Origin: Promethearchaeota archaeon
Lineage (GTDB): Archaea > Asgardarchaeota > Lokiarchaeia > Sigyniarchaeales > SOKP01
Assembly (NCBI GenBank): GCA_048941285.1
Contig: JBHLNS010000035.1
Coordinates: 9,992 to 36,929, forward strand
Direction: 5' to 3'
DNA length: 26,938 nt
Part shown: in pieces, positions 8,547-16,929 of the stretch
Layout: the number at the start of each line of letters is the position of its first letter
Position numbering within the stretch: position 1 is the first letter of the stretch
Notes under the pieces: generated by a model
Databases searched by the model: none
Told to the model about the DNA's origin: nothing
Seen by the model: the letters and a program-made list of their open reading frames with translations, nothing else
Position numbers and translations under genes: made by a program

Positions 8547-9172
8547 GTTATATTAGTGGTTTTTTTATTCCAATGTATGAATATTTGAAATTTAAAGGGT
8601 TTTCCTTTATACTTACCATCACTTATACCAGAAAATTTGAATCCATTCTTCTTATGCCAATAAACTGATGCCTTATTAAATAAGGGTTGTTCTACAATAA
8701 ACGCAACAATTGGAGTGTCAATCGTTTTTAAGGCTTTTTGAAAAAGCGCAGTACCTATGCCTTTACGTTTATACTCAGGAAATATACTGATTTGATCTAA
8801 ATACGTGAATTCAACTTCTTCATTAAGGAGTAAATCTCTTGTTTTTTCATTCTCAAAAGTTAAATCTCCAATAAGATCCCGAACTTTACTAATATTATAT
8901 TTTTTTTTATGAACGGTAGCGAATCCTATTATCGTGCCCTCTGTATTTTTAGCAACATAAATATCAATGTAAGGATCATTGATAAGATTCATATAATATT
9001 CAATCCCAACCTCTTTTCTGAGAAACCCATTATTCTCCAATTCTATCCTTTGCTTTTTAGTGATTTTATCGATATTTCTAATTTCCATAAGATTCTTTTT
9101 TAATGCATTATGAATTCCAGATGAATCTTGTAAACGTGCGATATTAATCTTAATTTTCAATTCTTCTCTCAT
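8543..9172 (-). CDS. GNAT-family N-acetyltransferase
   Basis: IYVAK..EGTIIGF, YLDQISIFPEYKRKGIGTAL (acetyl-CoA binding motif A) and NKASVYWHKKNGF. ATG at 9172 is preferred over TTG at 9181. Confidence 0.9.
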   Translation of the reverse strand: MREELKIKINIARLQDSSGIHNALKKNLMEIRNIDKITKKQRIELENNGFLRKEVGIEYYMNLINDPYIDIYVAKNTEGTIIGFATVHKKKYNISKVRDLIGDLTFENEKTRDLLLNEEVEFTYLDQISIFPEYKRKGIGTALFQKALKTIDTPIVAFIVEQPLFNKASVYWHKKNGFKFSGISDGKYKGKPFKFQIFIHWNKKTTNIT

Positions 9173-9429
9173 TCTTATCAACTATTAATATTAAAATAAA
9201 ATTATTTTTTTTCTTCCTCTAAAATAAATAAAGAGGATAGTTTTTAATAAAATGAGATATTTATGGCATATTTGACATCTGAAAAGTAATATACATTTAA
9301 AGTAACTTTGGTATTTTAAAAATTTTATAATAGCAATTATATTGTTGAGAATTCAAGAGAAGAAATTATAACATAGATTTCCTTTTATTTGTTAATATAT
9401 TGTAAATTAGCAAAACAGAATGACTTATT

Positions 9430-10578
9430 ATGGTTGACTTCATTAAATTAAAAGGAAGTCCTGCTCAGAGAGGTTTTCAGCAGGGGGAGCAATTAAAAGA
9501 TAAAATTCGTAATACATTTGATGTTGTCTTCCATTCAGAAATGTTTTCAGAAGTTACATCCAAATTAATTCCCCTCTCGATTATAAAACTGGCTTTAGGT
9601 ATTATAGGTAGAAGAAACATAAAGAAATCTTTACGGGAATTACTTCCAAATCAATATGAGAAACTAAATGCTCTTAGTAAAGGATCAGAAATGAAGGAAA
9701 GATTGCTCTATGGTGCCCATTTTATAGAAGTAATGTCAGGTGATCCAAAATCTCTCTATAAAAATCCTCCAGTGCAATCATGTTCAATGATATTTGCTCT
9801 CCGAAAAGCTACTTCAGATAATTCGCTTATTTTTGGAAGAAATTATGATTTTCCTAATGTTCTTCAACCATTCCAAGTAGTTCGTGAAGATGTCCCAGAT
9901 AACGGATATAAAAATTTAAATTTCACACAATATCCATTAATAGGTTGCCATATGGGCCTAAATGAAAAAGGGTTGGCAATTGGATATAATTATGGTCGAT
10001 CATGGAAAAAGGAGCCACTTGATTTTAGATTAAAAGGTATTCCAGGTACGTTCATAGTTCAAGAAGTTTTAGAAATATGTTCAACAACCGAACAAGCTAT
10101 TAACTATATAACTACATTCCCTAGTCGGGCTAACGGTTGTCATTATGGACTTATGGATGCATCTGGTGATACGTGCGTAATTGAAACTACGAGCACTCGA
10201 CATGCAATTCGTCGACCAGAGGCGGGAATTTTAGCTCATACAAATCATTATCAGACTAGGGAACTAAAAGATGCTAATTTACCCGACTACGTAAGGTTTA
10301 AAATGGATGATATGGATATAAATCCTATAGAATCCCCGATAAGGCGTTATAAGAGGGAATTTAAGCTTTTAAATACCTATAATGGTCAAATTAATATAGA
10401 TACTTTTAAAAATATTCTAAGCGATCATGATAATAGAGAACCTGATGATTTTACAGTCTGTACACACGGTCCTGCTGCAGGAACTCTTGGATCTATTATA
10501 ATTTTTCCTAATAAAAAGGAATTCTGGGTTACCGATAATCACCCTTGTAGTTCTGAATTTGAGAAATTTACTTTATAA
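9430..10578 (+). CDS. Peptidase C45 / acyl-CoA:6-aminopenicillanate acyltransferase-like Ntn hydrolase
   Basis: LKGSPAQRGFQQG N-terminus, putative autoproteolysis site QS|CSMIF, and motifs GRNYD, GLNEKGLAIG and AHTNHY. Confidence 0.9.
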   Translation: MVDFIKLKGSPAQRGFQQGEQLKDKIRNTFDVVFHSEMFSEVTSKLIPLSIIKLALGIIGRRNIKKSLRELLPNQYEKLNALSKGSEMKERLLYGAHFIEVMSGDPKSLYKNPPVQSCSMIFALRKATSDNSLIFGRNYDFPNVLQPFQVVREDVPDNGYKNLNFTQYPLIGCHMGLNEKGLAIGYNYGRSWKKEPLDFRLKGIPGTFIVQEVLEICSTTEQAINYITTFPSRANGCHYGLMDASGDTCVIETTSTRHAIRRPEAGILAHTNHYQTRELKDANLPDYVRFKMDDMDINPIESPIRRYKREFKLLNTYNGQINIDTFKNILSDHDNREPDDFTVCTHGPAAGTLGSIIIFPNKKEFWVTDNHPCSSEFEKFTL

Positions 10579-10610
10579 TAAAAAATAAAAAAAGATTAAA
10601 AATATAAAAT

Positions 10611-11117
10611 CTAATATCTTGTTCTTGTAGCTTGAATTCGAAGTTTAGCTTTAGTGTTTTCTTTTTTATCTTGTAAAATAACATATTCTGTTTTCATTGG
10701 TAATTTTATTTCAAATTCTTGTTCGCAAACTGTATGATCTTTCTTTAAATGATCTCTTTCTCGTAAGATAACTTTAATTTTCTGTACAGCGGGATCATCT
10801 ACATGAACTGTTTTAAATTGGCTCCAGAGGGACATATCGGCTTTACTGGTGAATTCTTGGTTCCTTTGTAATTTAACGGTGCCTTTGTTTGGCCATCTCG
10901 CCTTAAAAAGCTTAGGTCCATCCACTTTGAAATAGAATTCTCCACGCCATCCCAAAATGTCGTAATCTTTTAAAGTTTTTAAAGACATTAATTCTATGCT
11001 TATTAAGTAGCGTTCTTTTTCTTCTCCAACTTGATCTTGCTCAAAACTTTGATCTTTCGCGTAAGTTTTCTTAGATTTAGCATAATAACGTCTCGGAATT
11101 TTATTTTCACCTAACAA
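10611..11117 (-). CDS. Hypothetical soluble protein with C2-domain-like pattern
   Basis: Beta-rich pattern ISIELMSLKTLKDYDILGWRGEFYFKV ... KIKVILRERDHLKKDHTVCEQEFEI resembles C2 loop1/loop3 motifs. The start codon is uncertain (TTG 11117 or ATT 11099). Confidence 0.6.
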   Translation of the reverse strand: MLGENKIPRRYYAKSKKTYAKDQSFEQDQVGEEKERYLISIELMSLKTLKDYDILGWRGEFYFKVDGPKLFKARWPNKGTVKLQRNQEFTSKADMSLWSQFKTVHVDDPAVQKIKVILRERDHLKKDHTVCEQEFEIKLPMKTEYVILQDKKENTKAKLRIQATRTRY

Positions 11118-11262
11118 TTTTGATTATTAAAAACAATTTTATCTCTAGTATAAATATTTTCTATATATGTTTTTTTGTTAAAAAGATGGTTATCAACTAT
11201 ATTTATTAATAGAAAAACAGATCTAGGTATTAATTAAAAAGGTCAAATTTAACAGCCTCTGA

Positions 11263-12012
11263 GTGAATTTAATGATACTGCAATTAACATTCCAATTGTC
11301 GGGAATTTTTGCGTTTTTAGCAGTTGTGATATGTTGGTTATACGGCGGAATTGTACTCTACAAATATATTAATTCGAAAGAGAAGGTCTTACTATATTTC
11401 TTTTTAGCTATTGTTTTTACTATGAGCCCTTGGTATCCCTCAGGCCTAGGATATATATATTGGTTAATTACAGGGCAAGAAATTATATATCCCGTTTATG
11501 TTTTATTGGGAACAATAGGTGTTCCAATAGCGCTATTATCTTGGATTCAAATTTACATGCCTGCTTTGCATCAAAAATGGAAAAGTCTTGCTACAAGATT
11601 AGCTATATGTTTTTCAGTAGTATTTTATATCTATATATTTTATTTTCTATTCTTTGCTGCGGGTGCGCCAGTAGAACCATTAATTGGAATTAAAGATAGC
11701 GCAATTGATATCTCATATAAAAGTTTTCTGTTAGGGTTTCTTGCGTTCTCTCTGGTTATTAGTACAATAACAGGTAATGATTTTGCCATAGCTTCACTAA
11801 AGGAAAAGAATGACCCTGTATTAATATGGAAGGGCAGATTTTTACTTTTGTCATTCAATTTGTTTGCAATTGGAAGTATTGGAGATGGATTTCTTCCATT
11901 ATCTCCCGCAACGTTAATAATATTCAGAACATTTATGATGCTTTCAAGTACATTTTATTACATTGGATTTATATTACCTGGATGGATAAAAAGACTCCTC
12001 AAAATAGAATGA
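11263..12012 (+). CDS. Stand-alone 7-TM membrane protein (HisKA_7TM-like sensor fold, no output domain)
   Basis: Seven hydrophobic segments by inspection, ending in YYIGFILPGWIKRLL. The start is GTG 11263 or ATG 11272. Confidence 0.75.
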   Translation: MNLMILQLTFQLSGIFAFLAVVICWLYGGIVLYKYINSKEKVLLYFFLAIVFTMSPWYPSGLGYIYWLITGQEIIYPVYVLLGTIGVPIALLSWIQIYMPALHQKWKSLATRLAICFSVVFYIYIFYFLFFAAGAPVEPLIGIKDSAIDISYKSFLLGFLAFSLVISTITGNDFAIASLKEKNDPVLIWKGRFLLLSFNLFAIGSIGDGFLPLSPATLIIFRTFMMLSSTFYYIGFILPGWIKRLLKIE

Positions 12013-12024
12013 TCTAATCCAATT

Positions 12025-12963
12025 TTACTTTTTTTTTATTTTTTTCTCATAATTGATAATCAAAACTGCTATTAATACTATTATTCCACCAATAATATTC
12101 CACAAAACGATTATTTCACTTCTTTGAAGTAATAATGAGAATATAAGTGTAAGAAAAGGCTCAACATACAAAAAGGAGGCTACTTTTGATGATTCTAAAA
12201 CTTTTTGTGAATTTTGCCAAATATAGTAACCTAATACATAACAACCTAATCCTAAATATACAGCACAGAGGAATAGTGAAATATTTAAAAAGTTTGAAAT
12301 AAAACTGGTAAGCTCACCATTGATTAACATGAAAATTATAAGTTCAAATGTTCCAATATAAGCAATATATTTATTCATCCTAATGCTAGAATTAGTTTGC
12401 GAAATTTTTTTTGTCACAGTAGAATAAATTGCCCATAAAATTGGAGTTAATAATGCAAATAAGTATCCCAGATAATTAGGAGAATCTGGAGCAAGATTAT
12501 TAACATCTCCTCCTGTTACTAATAAAAAACCTCCGATTGTGGCAATTATAAAACCTAATATTTTAATTGGATTTAAATTTTCTTTAAAAAAAAATAATGC
12601 AAGTATTGTAATTATTACGGGTGTAATTAAACATACAAACAAAGCAGGAAGCGAAGGACCAATTATTTCGACTGATGAATATTGAAAAAAGAAGAAAAGT
12701 GATATTCCAGTGAAACTTGCAATTATCATTAATATCCAATCATTTTTAGAAAATTTGTTCTTAATCATATTATCTTTTACTATATTTCTTTTCTTTCTGA
12801 GATTATAATAGATATCAATTACTACAAAAGAAATAGAGGCGATTACAAATCGATATAATGCAATGGATAAAGGAGGGATGAATTCCACAGCTATATCCAC
12901 AATAATAAATGAAAAACTCCAGAGAATCACCATAAAGATTAATTGTAAATAAACTCTAAGCAT
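12025..12963 (-). CDS. EamA/DMT-family transporter
   Basis: 10 TM in two repeats with ILWSFSF, IPPLSIALYRFVIA, LFFFKENL and VASFLYVEPF. A GGTG SD-like motif lies upstream. Confidence 0.93.
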   Translation of the reverse strand: MLRVYLQLIFMVILWSFSFIIVDIAVEFIPPLSIALYRFVIASISFVVIDIYYNLRKKRNIVKDNMIKNKFSKNDWILMIIASFTGISLFFFFQYSSVEIIGPSLPALFVCLITPVIITILALFFFKENLNPIKILGFIIATIGGFLLVTGGDVNNLAPDSPNYLGYLFALLTPILWAIYSTVTKKISQTNSSIRMNKYIAYIGTFELIIFMLINGELTSFISNFLNISLFLCAVYLGLGCYVLGYYIWQNSQKVLESSKVASFLYVEPFLTLIFSLLLQRSEIIVLWNIIGGIIVLIAVLIINYEKKIKKK

Positions 12964-13089
12964 TCAACACCAAATCAAACAAAAGTACTATTCATTATCA
13001 AACTAATTTTTTCTACTAAAATGATTTATTAGAATAGTTTAATAATAGAAAATTAAGTATAATAATAATTTTTTCTGCAATGATTTTTT

Positions 13090-13671
13090 GTGAAAAAAAT
13101 TAACTATAGCTTGAAGATTGGGATCATTGGGAATAAAGAGCACATAAAGGATACTTTTTTAGATAACCTAAATAAGATAACTATAGATTCTTATTTTAAT
13201 AATGATTTTTACCAATATTTAATTATTTTCAGGCAAATACCAATTAAGATTAAAGTGTATATAGCAGATAGCTTTGAAACAATTATAGAAAATTATGAAA
13301 ATATACAAAAGCTGGATATAATAATACTTACAATTAATTTATATGATGAAAATTCATTGAATATAAATAAACTATTAGTTGAAACCTTTAACGAGTTATT
13401 TCTATTCCAAGGGTTATCCGTTCTAGTTGGGATGGATATTGAACAGTTATTTAAAAGTCCTCCTTCTAAAAAATTTAAAATAAGTAGATTTAAATTAGAA
13501 AAAGTTACAAAAAACCTAAATTTGTTATATTGTTTTGAAGTATTTAATAAGGGAAGAGATATAAATGAAATTTTTAACACTTTATTAAATGATTTTCTTT
13601 TAAGATTTCAATATTCAAACCCAGAAATGTTTGAATCTGCCAAAGAATATGGAAAATGGCTAATGAGCTAA
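13090..13671 (+). CDS. Ras/Rab-fold small GTPase-like protein with degenerate G motifs (putative pseudo-GTPase)
   Basis: Order and spacing match small GTPases: LKIGIIGNKEHIKDTFL (G1), IKIKVYIAD (G3 region), LDIIILTINLYDENSL, VLVGMDIE (G4) and CFEVFNKGRDINEIF (G5). Confidence 0.75.
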   Translation: MKKINYSLKIGIIGNKEHIKDTFLDNLNKITIDSYFNNDFYQYLIIFRQIPIKIKVYIADSFETIIENYENIQKLDIIILTINLYDENSLNINKLLVETFNELFLFQGLSVLVGMDIEQLFKSPPSKKFKISRFKLEKVTKNLNLLYCFEVFNKGRDINEIFNTLLNDFLLRFQYSNPEMFESAKEYGKWLMS

Positions 13672-13821
13672 ATTAAGCCCTCGCTTTTAAAATTAATCCT
13701 TATTCACGTAAAAAAGATAGAAAATCGAAAAGTTATAAAAATAATAAGATACAAATTAAAGTATAATTATTAAAAATGTTATTGTAGAATACTTTATTAA
13801 GTTGGAGTTGAATTAACAAAA

Positions 13822-14016
13822 ATGGGAGAAGGACCAAATGGATTATTAACAATCGAAAGAGATGAAGGTCGTAGAAAATGTCCTAGTTGTGGAGAAGAAA
13901 ATAAGAATATGATTCATGAATCTACAGATAAGACAAATATAATTAGTGACTATCCACGTGTCTATGGAAAGAAATATCGTTGTGGACGTTGTGGACAAGA
14001 ATGGCGGGAAAAATAG
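13822..14016 (+). CDS. Small zinc-ribbon protein (TFS/RPB9 C-terminal-like)
   Basis: CPSC...YRCGRCGQEWRE, with a GGAG motif upstream and a T-rich tract downstream. Confidence 0.85.
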   Translation: MGEGPNGLLTIERDEGRRKCPSCGEENKNMIHESTDKTNIISDYPRVYGKKYRCGRCGQEWREK

Positions 14017-14152
14017 TAATTCTTAAGCACATAGTATTTTGTATTTTTAACTTTTTATATATTTTGCTAAGATTATTAATATTAAAAGATTTAAAATTGT
14101 ATTAGAACAAAATTAAATTTTCTTATTTTATAACGTTATTAGGTGAATAAGT

Positions 14153-14345
14153 ATGGATTTCGCTAGATTTATTCAAAAATATATAGTTCAACGATTATTT
14201 GCCTTATTTTTTTCTCTATGGCAGAATTTTAATTTTAAATGCATTAAATGACGATTCATTTAGGTTTATCTGGTCTTTAGTATCTTTACCTACGCTTATT
14301 TCATTATATTTGATATATTACGGCGTAGGGCGTCAACTTGAATGA
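14153..14345 (+). pseudogene. Internally deleted, frameshifted remnant of a 7-TM paralogue of 14490..15221
   Basis: AGGTGA-6nt-ATG start. Frame 1 gives MDFARFIQKYIVQRLFALFF (cf. LTRVLTIYLVQGLICAWF). The +1 frame gives ...LNALNDDSFRFIWSLVSLPTLISLYLIYYGVGRQLE* (cf. SNWLNIQIIR...SGYLMYSGVGKQLEK*). The frames join at the T7 run 14207-14213. Confidence 0.8.
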
Positions 14346-14489
14346 CTTTTTGTGTTCTTACTGAATCATCCCAGAGATAAAGATTATTTTAAATAGGAAA
14401 AAAACAACAATAATAAATATCAAATGATAAATTAATACTATAACAAATTTTATTTTCAATTATAAATAACTACGTATATGTGAATCTTT

Positions 14490-15221
14490 ATGGTATTATA
14501 TCAATTAGAAAGCCTAACACGAGTATTAACAATTTACCTTGTACAAGGTCTCATTTGTGCATGGTTTTCCTATTTAGCGTATAGAATTCTAAAGAGAGAC
14601 AGGAAGAGATTAAATATAATCTTCTCAGGGTTTTATCTATTTGCCGCAATAGGTTTAATTTTTAATTTTATTTATGGCCCCATCGCATATGAACCAGTTG
14701 TTCTGATTCTAAATTATTTAACTAATTTCGGTTCCTTTTATGCACCTATCTTCTTCGTAGTATTTAATTTAATTTTACTAAAATCAGAAAAGATTGTCAC
14801 ACCCACAAAACAATACCTTATCTTTATTGGATATGGCATTTACATGTTTTGTATGATCTTTTTCGTAGTAGCAGGCCCGGGATGGGGAGTTGCACTTAAT
14901 GTAACAACAAATTGGACACCGGTTTGGGCACTCCCTTTCTTTCTCTATGTATTCTTAGGAGTAACTACATTTACAATCATTCCGTTGTTGTACTTATCAT
15001 TTCAAATTTATAAGAAATTCGAAGATCAACAATTGAAAAAGAAATGGAAATTCGTTATTTACGGTTCTATCGGGTTAATTGGATTTATGTATGCAATATT
15101 CTTTTCAAATTGGCTAAACATTCAAATAATAAGGAATATTGTCCTCCCAATTGGTATAGTATTAGCTGCGATTAGTGGCTATTTGATGTACAGTGGAGTA
15201 GGGAAGCAATTGGAGAAATAA
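14490..15221 (+). CDS. Stand-alone 7-TM membrane protein (HisKA_7TM-like, no output domain)
   Basis: Seven hydrophobic segments, a basic loop YKKFEDQQLKKKWKF between TM5 and TM6, and a C-terminal YSGVGKQLEK. Confidence 0.8.
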   Translation: MVLYQLESLTRVLTIYLVQGLICAWFSYLAYRILKRDRKRLNIIFSGFYLFAAIGLIFNFIYGPIAYEPVVLILNYLTNFGSFYAPIFFVVFNLILLKSEKIVTPTKQYLIFIGYGIYMFCMIFFVVAGPGWGVALNVTTNWTPVWALPFFLYVFLGVTTFTIIPLLYLSFQIYKKFEDQQLKKKWKFVIYGSIGLIGFMYAIFFSNWLNIQIIRNIVLPIGIVLAAISGYLMYSGVGKQLEK

Positions 15222-15224
15222 ACA

Positions 15225-15245
15225 TCTTTTTTTTTCTTTATTATT
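15225..15245 (+). terminator. Archaeal-type oligo-T terminator candidate
   Basis: TCTTTTTTTTTCTTT directly after the stop codon of 14490..15221. Confidence 0.5.
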
Positions 15246-15336
15246 CTAATTATTTATTTCAACTCAAATTTTATTTTGACTAATTAACATTATAATATAT
15301 AATTAGATTCAAAATTAGTATTACACTTGGATTTTT

Positions 15337-15684
15337 TTGATTGATGAACTGATACGTGTTCGAGGTATTGGACCGACTGCAGCTGAAAAACTAGTAAATG
15401 CAGGTGTTAAGACAATCGAGGAGATTGCCAAATCTAAACCAGAACAATTAGCATGGATTAAAGGTATTGGCATGACCTCCGCCAGTAAAATTATTCAGAA
15501 TGCAAAGGAATTAATAAATTTAGAGAAGGGAATACAAAAAGTATTAAATTCAATCAAAGAGAATTTTGCGAAAAGTTGCCCGAAGTGTGGGGGAGATTTA
15601 ACTGAAAGATTAATCATTTTAGGCCCTGAAAGGAGATTGAGAGCGAGTCAATGTGAATTATGCAAATTCTATATGCCAATATAA
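15337..15684 (+). CDS. Tandem helix-hairpin-helix DNA-binding protein with C-terminal zinc ribbon
   Basis: LIRVRGIGPTAAEKL and LAWIKGIGMTSASKI (two HhH motifs), then CPKC...CELC. TTG start. Confidence 0.85.
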   Translation: MIDELIRVRGIGPTAAEKLVNAGVKTIEEIAKSKPEQLAWIKGIGMTSASKIIQNAKELINLEKGIQKVLNSIKENFAKSCPKCGGDLTERLIILGPERRLRASQCELCKFYMPI

Positions 15685-15706
15685 TGCTAATATTGAGTAA
15701 AGAAGC

Positions 15707-16672
15707 TTATATTCCTATCCAAAAGGAAAATAGAAAGACATAAGATAGGAAATAAAGCGAAATAAATATGATTCCTGCTTTTTTATCAACTTTTCTTCTT
15801 GTTGCGATCAGACTAAAGACTATGAAACTTGAGATTAAGGTGTATATAACTGTAGGAACAGCAAGCGCTGCGGTTACGGTTTGTGGAAAAAATACTTGCC
15901 CAATTCCTATAGATAGAGTAGAATCGACTATACATGAACCTACAATATCTCCAATTGCTATTTGATGGTGTCCCAATCTTAAAGCATTGATATCAACAGC
16001 TAGTTCTGGGAGTGAAGTACCCACCGCAACAATAAAGAAACTTATGATATATTCATGAATATTTAGAACTCTTGAAATAGTTATAACTGATTCAACGATC
16101 ATAAAAGATGCTAATGTTACTCCTCCAAATCCGATTAAAGCTATAAAAAGGTGATAGATCTTCCTTCTAGGAGCCTCAATCTTTTCAATCATTTCTACTC
16201 TTTGCAAAATACTTTCCTTATTGGCATTGTAAATGAGCCATATATAAATTCCTAAACACCCAACCATAATAATTGCGTTTAATCTGGTAAAATATCCTTT
16301 CTCTACAATTGTATAAATTAAAACCAAAGATAATATCTCGCAAGCTCCTAAAATAATTATATCTTTTCTATGAACGTATATAATTCCTGAAACTAATGGT
16401 AATATTCCAAATATTAAGGTGAGTTGTGTCAAATCAGAACCTACAGAATCTCCCACATCAATATCCCCATGACCTAAAGCACAGGATACAATAGAATTAA
16501 AGATTTCTGATATATCTGTTCCAATAGATACCAAACTTACCCCTATTATTAGAGGTGATACTCCTAAAGCCGCCGCTAAGATAGCAGAGTGTTTCACGGC
16601 TTTAATACTTGCATAAATAATAAGTGAAATTCCAGTTATTAACACAAAAACCGCTAAAATAATATCAATCAT
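15707..16672 (-). CDS. Ca2+:cation (Na+/Ca2+) antiporter, CaCA family
   Basis: Alpha-1 VSIGTDISE...VGDSVGSD and alpha-2 VAVGTSLPE...IGDIVGS; about 10 TM. Confidence 0.92.
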   Translation of the reverse strand: MIDIILAVFVLITGISLIIYASIKAVKHSAILAAALGVSPLIIGVSLVSIGTDISEIFNSIVSCALGHGDIDVGDSVGSDLTQLTLIFGILPLVSGIIYVHRKDIIILGACEILSLVLIYTIVEKGYFTRLNAIIMVGCLGIYIWLIYNANKESILQRVEMIEKIEAPRRKIYHLFIALIGFGGVTLASFMIVESVITISRVLNIHEYIISFFIVAVGTSLPELAVDINALRLGHHQIAIGDIVGSCIVDSTLSIGIGQVFFPQTVTAALAVPTVIYTLISSFIVFSLIATRRKVDKKAGIIFISLYFLSYVFLFSFWIGI

Positions 16673-16835
16673 AATTTCTTTCTTTTTTCACATTTGAATT
16701 TTGCAACCATTTCTTTATTCATTGTAAAGATGAATGATTGAAGCCCTCAGTGACTCAGAAATATAAAATTATTGTTAGGTATGTGGTTTCACTGAAATTT
16801 AATGATTTAACTATGCAAATTCTATAATGGTAAAG

Positions 16836-16890
16836 TTATATATATAGTTATCCATTTTTTATCCGCATAAATCCATAAATAATCCAAATA
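16836..16890. promoter_or_regulatory. Divergent promoter region: TATA-like box plus four helically phased ATCC boxes
   Basis: TTATATATATA at 16836-16846; ATCC at 16850, 16861, 16871 and 16882. Confidence 0.4.
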
Positions 16891-16929
16891 ATAGAAAAAT
16901 TATTAAAGAAAACTATTAAAAAATATATC

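Noticed and set aside
9430-10578. Beta-lactam biosynthesis implied by the C45/AAT family name
   Set aside because: The family is broad and common in prokaryotes, and no NRPS or isopenicillin N synthase genes are nearby.
11263-15221. 7TM proteins as rhodopsins
   Set aside because: Neither has a DxxxK-type retinal-binding lysine in TM7.
16673-16835. Known riboswitch (fluoride, yybP-ykoY) upstream of the antiporter
   Set aside because: I could not find their conserved sequence cores; only a generic hairpin is visible, which is reported as a finding.
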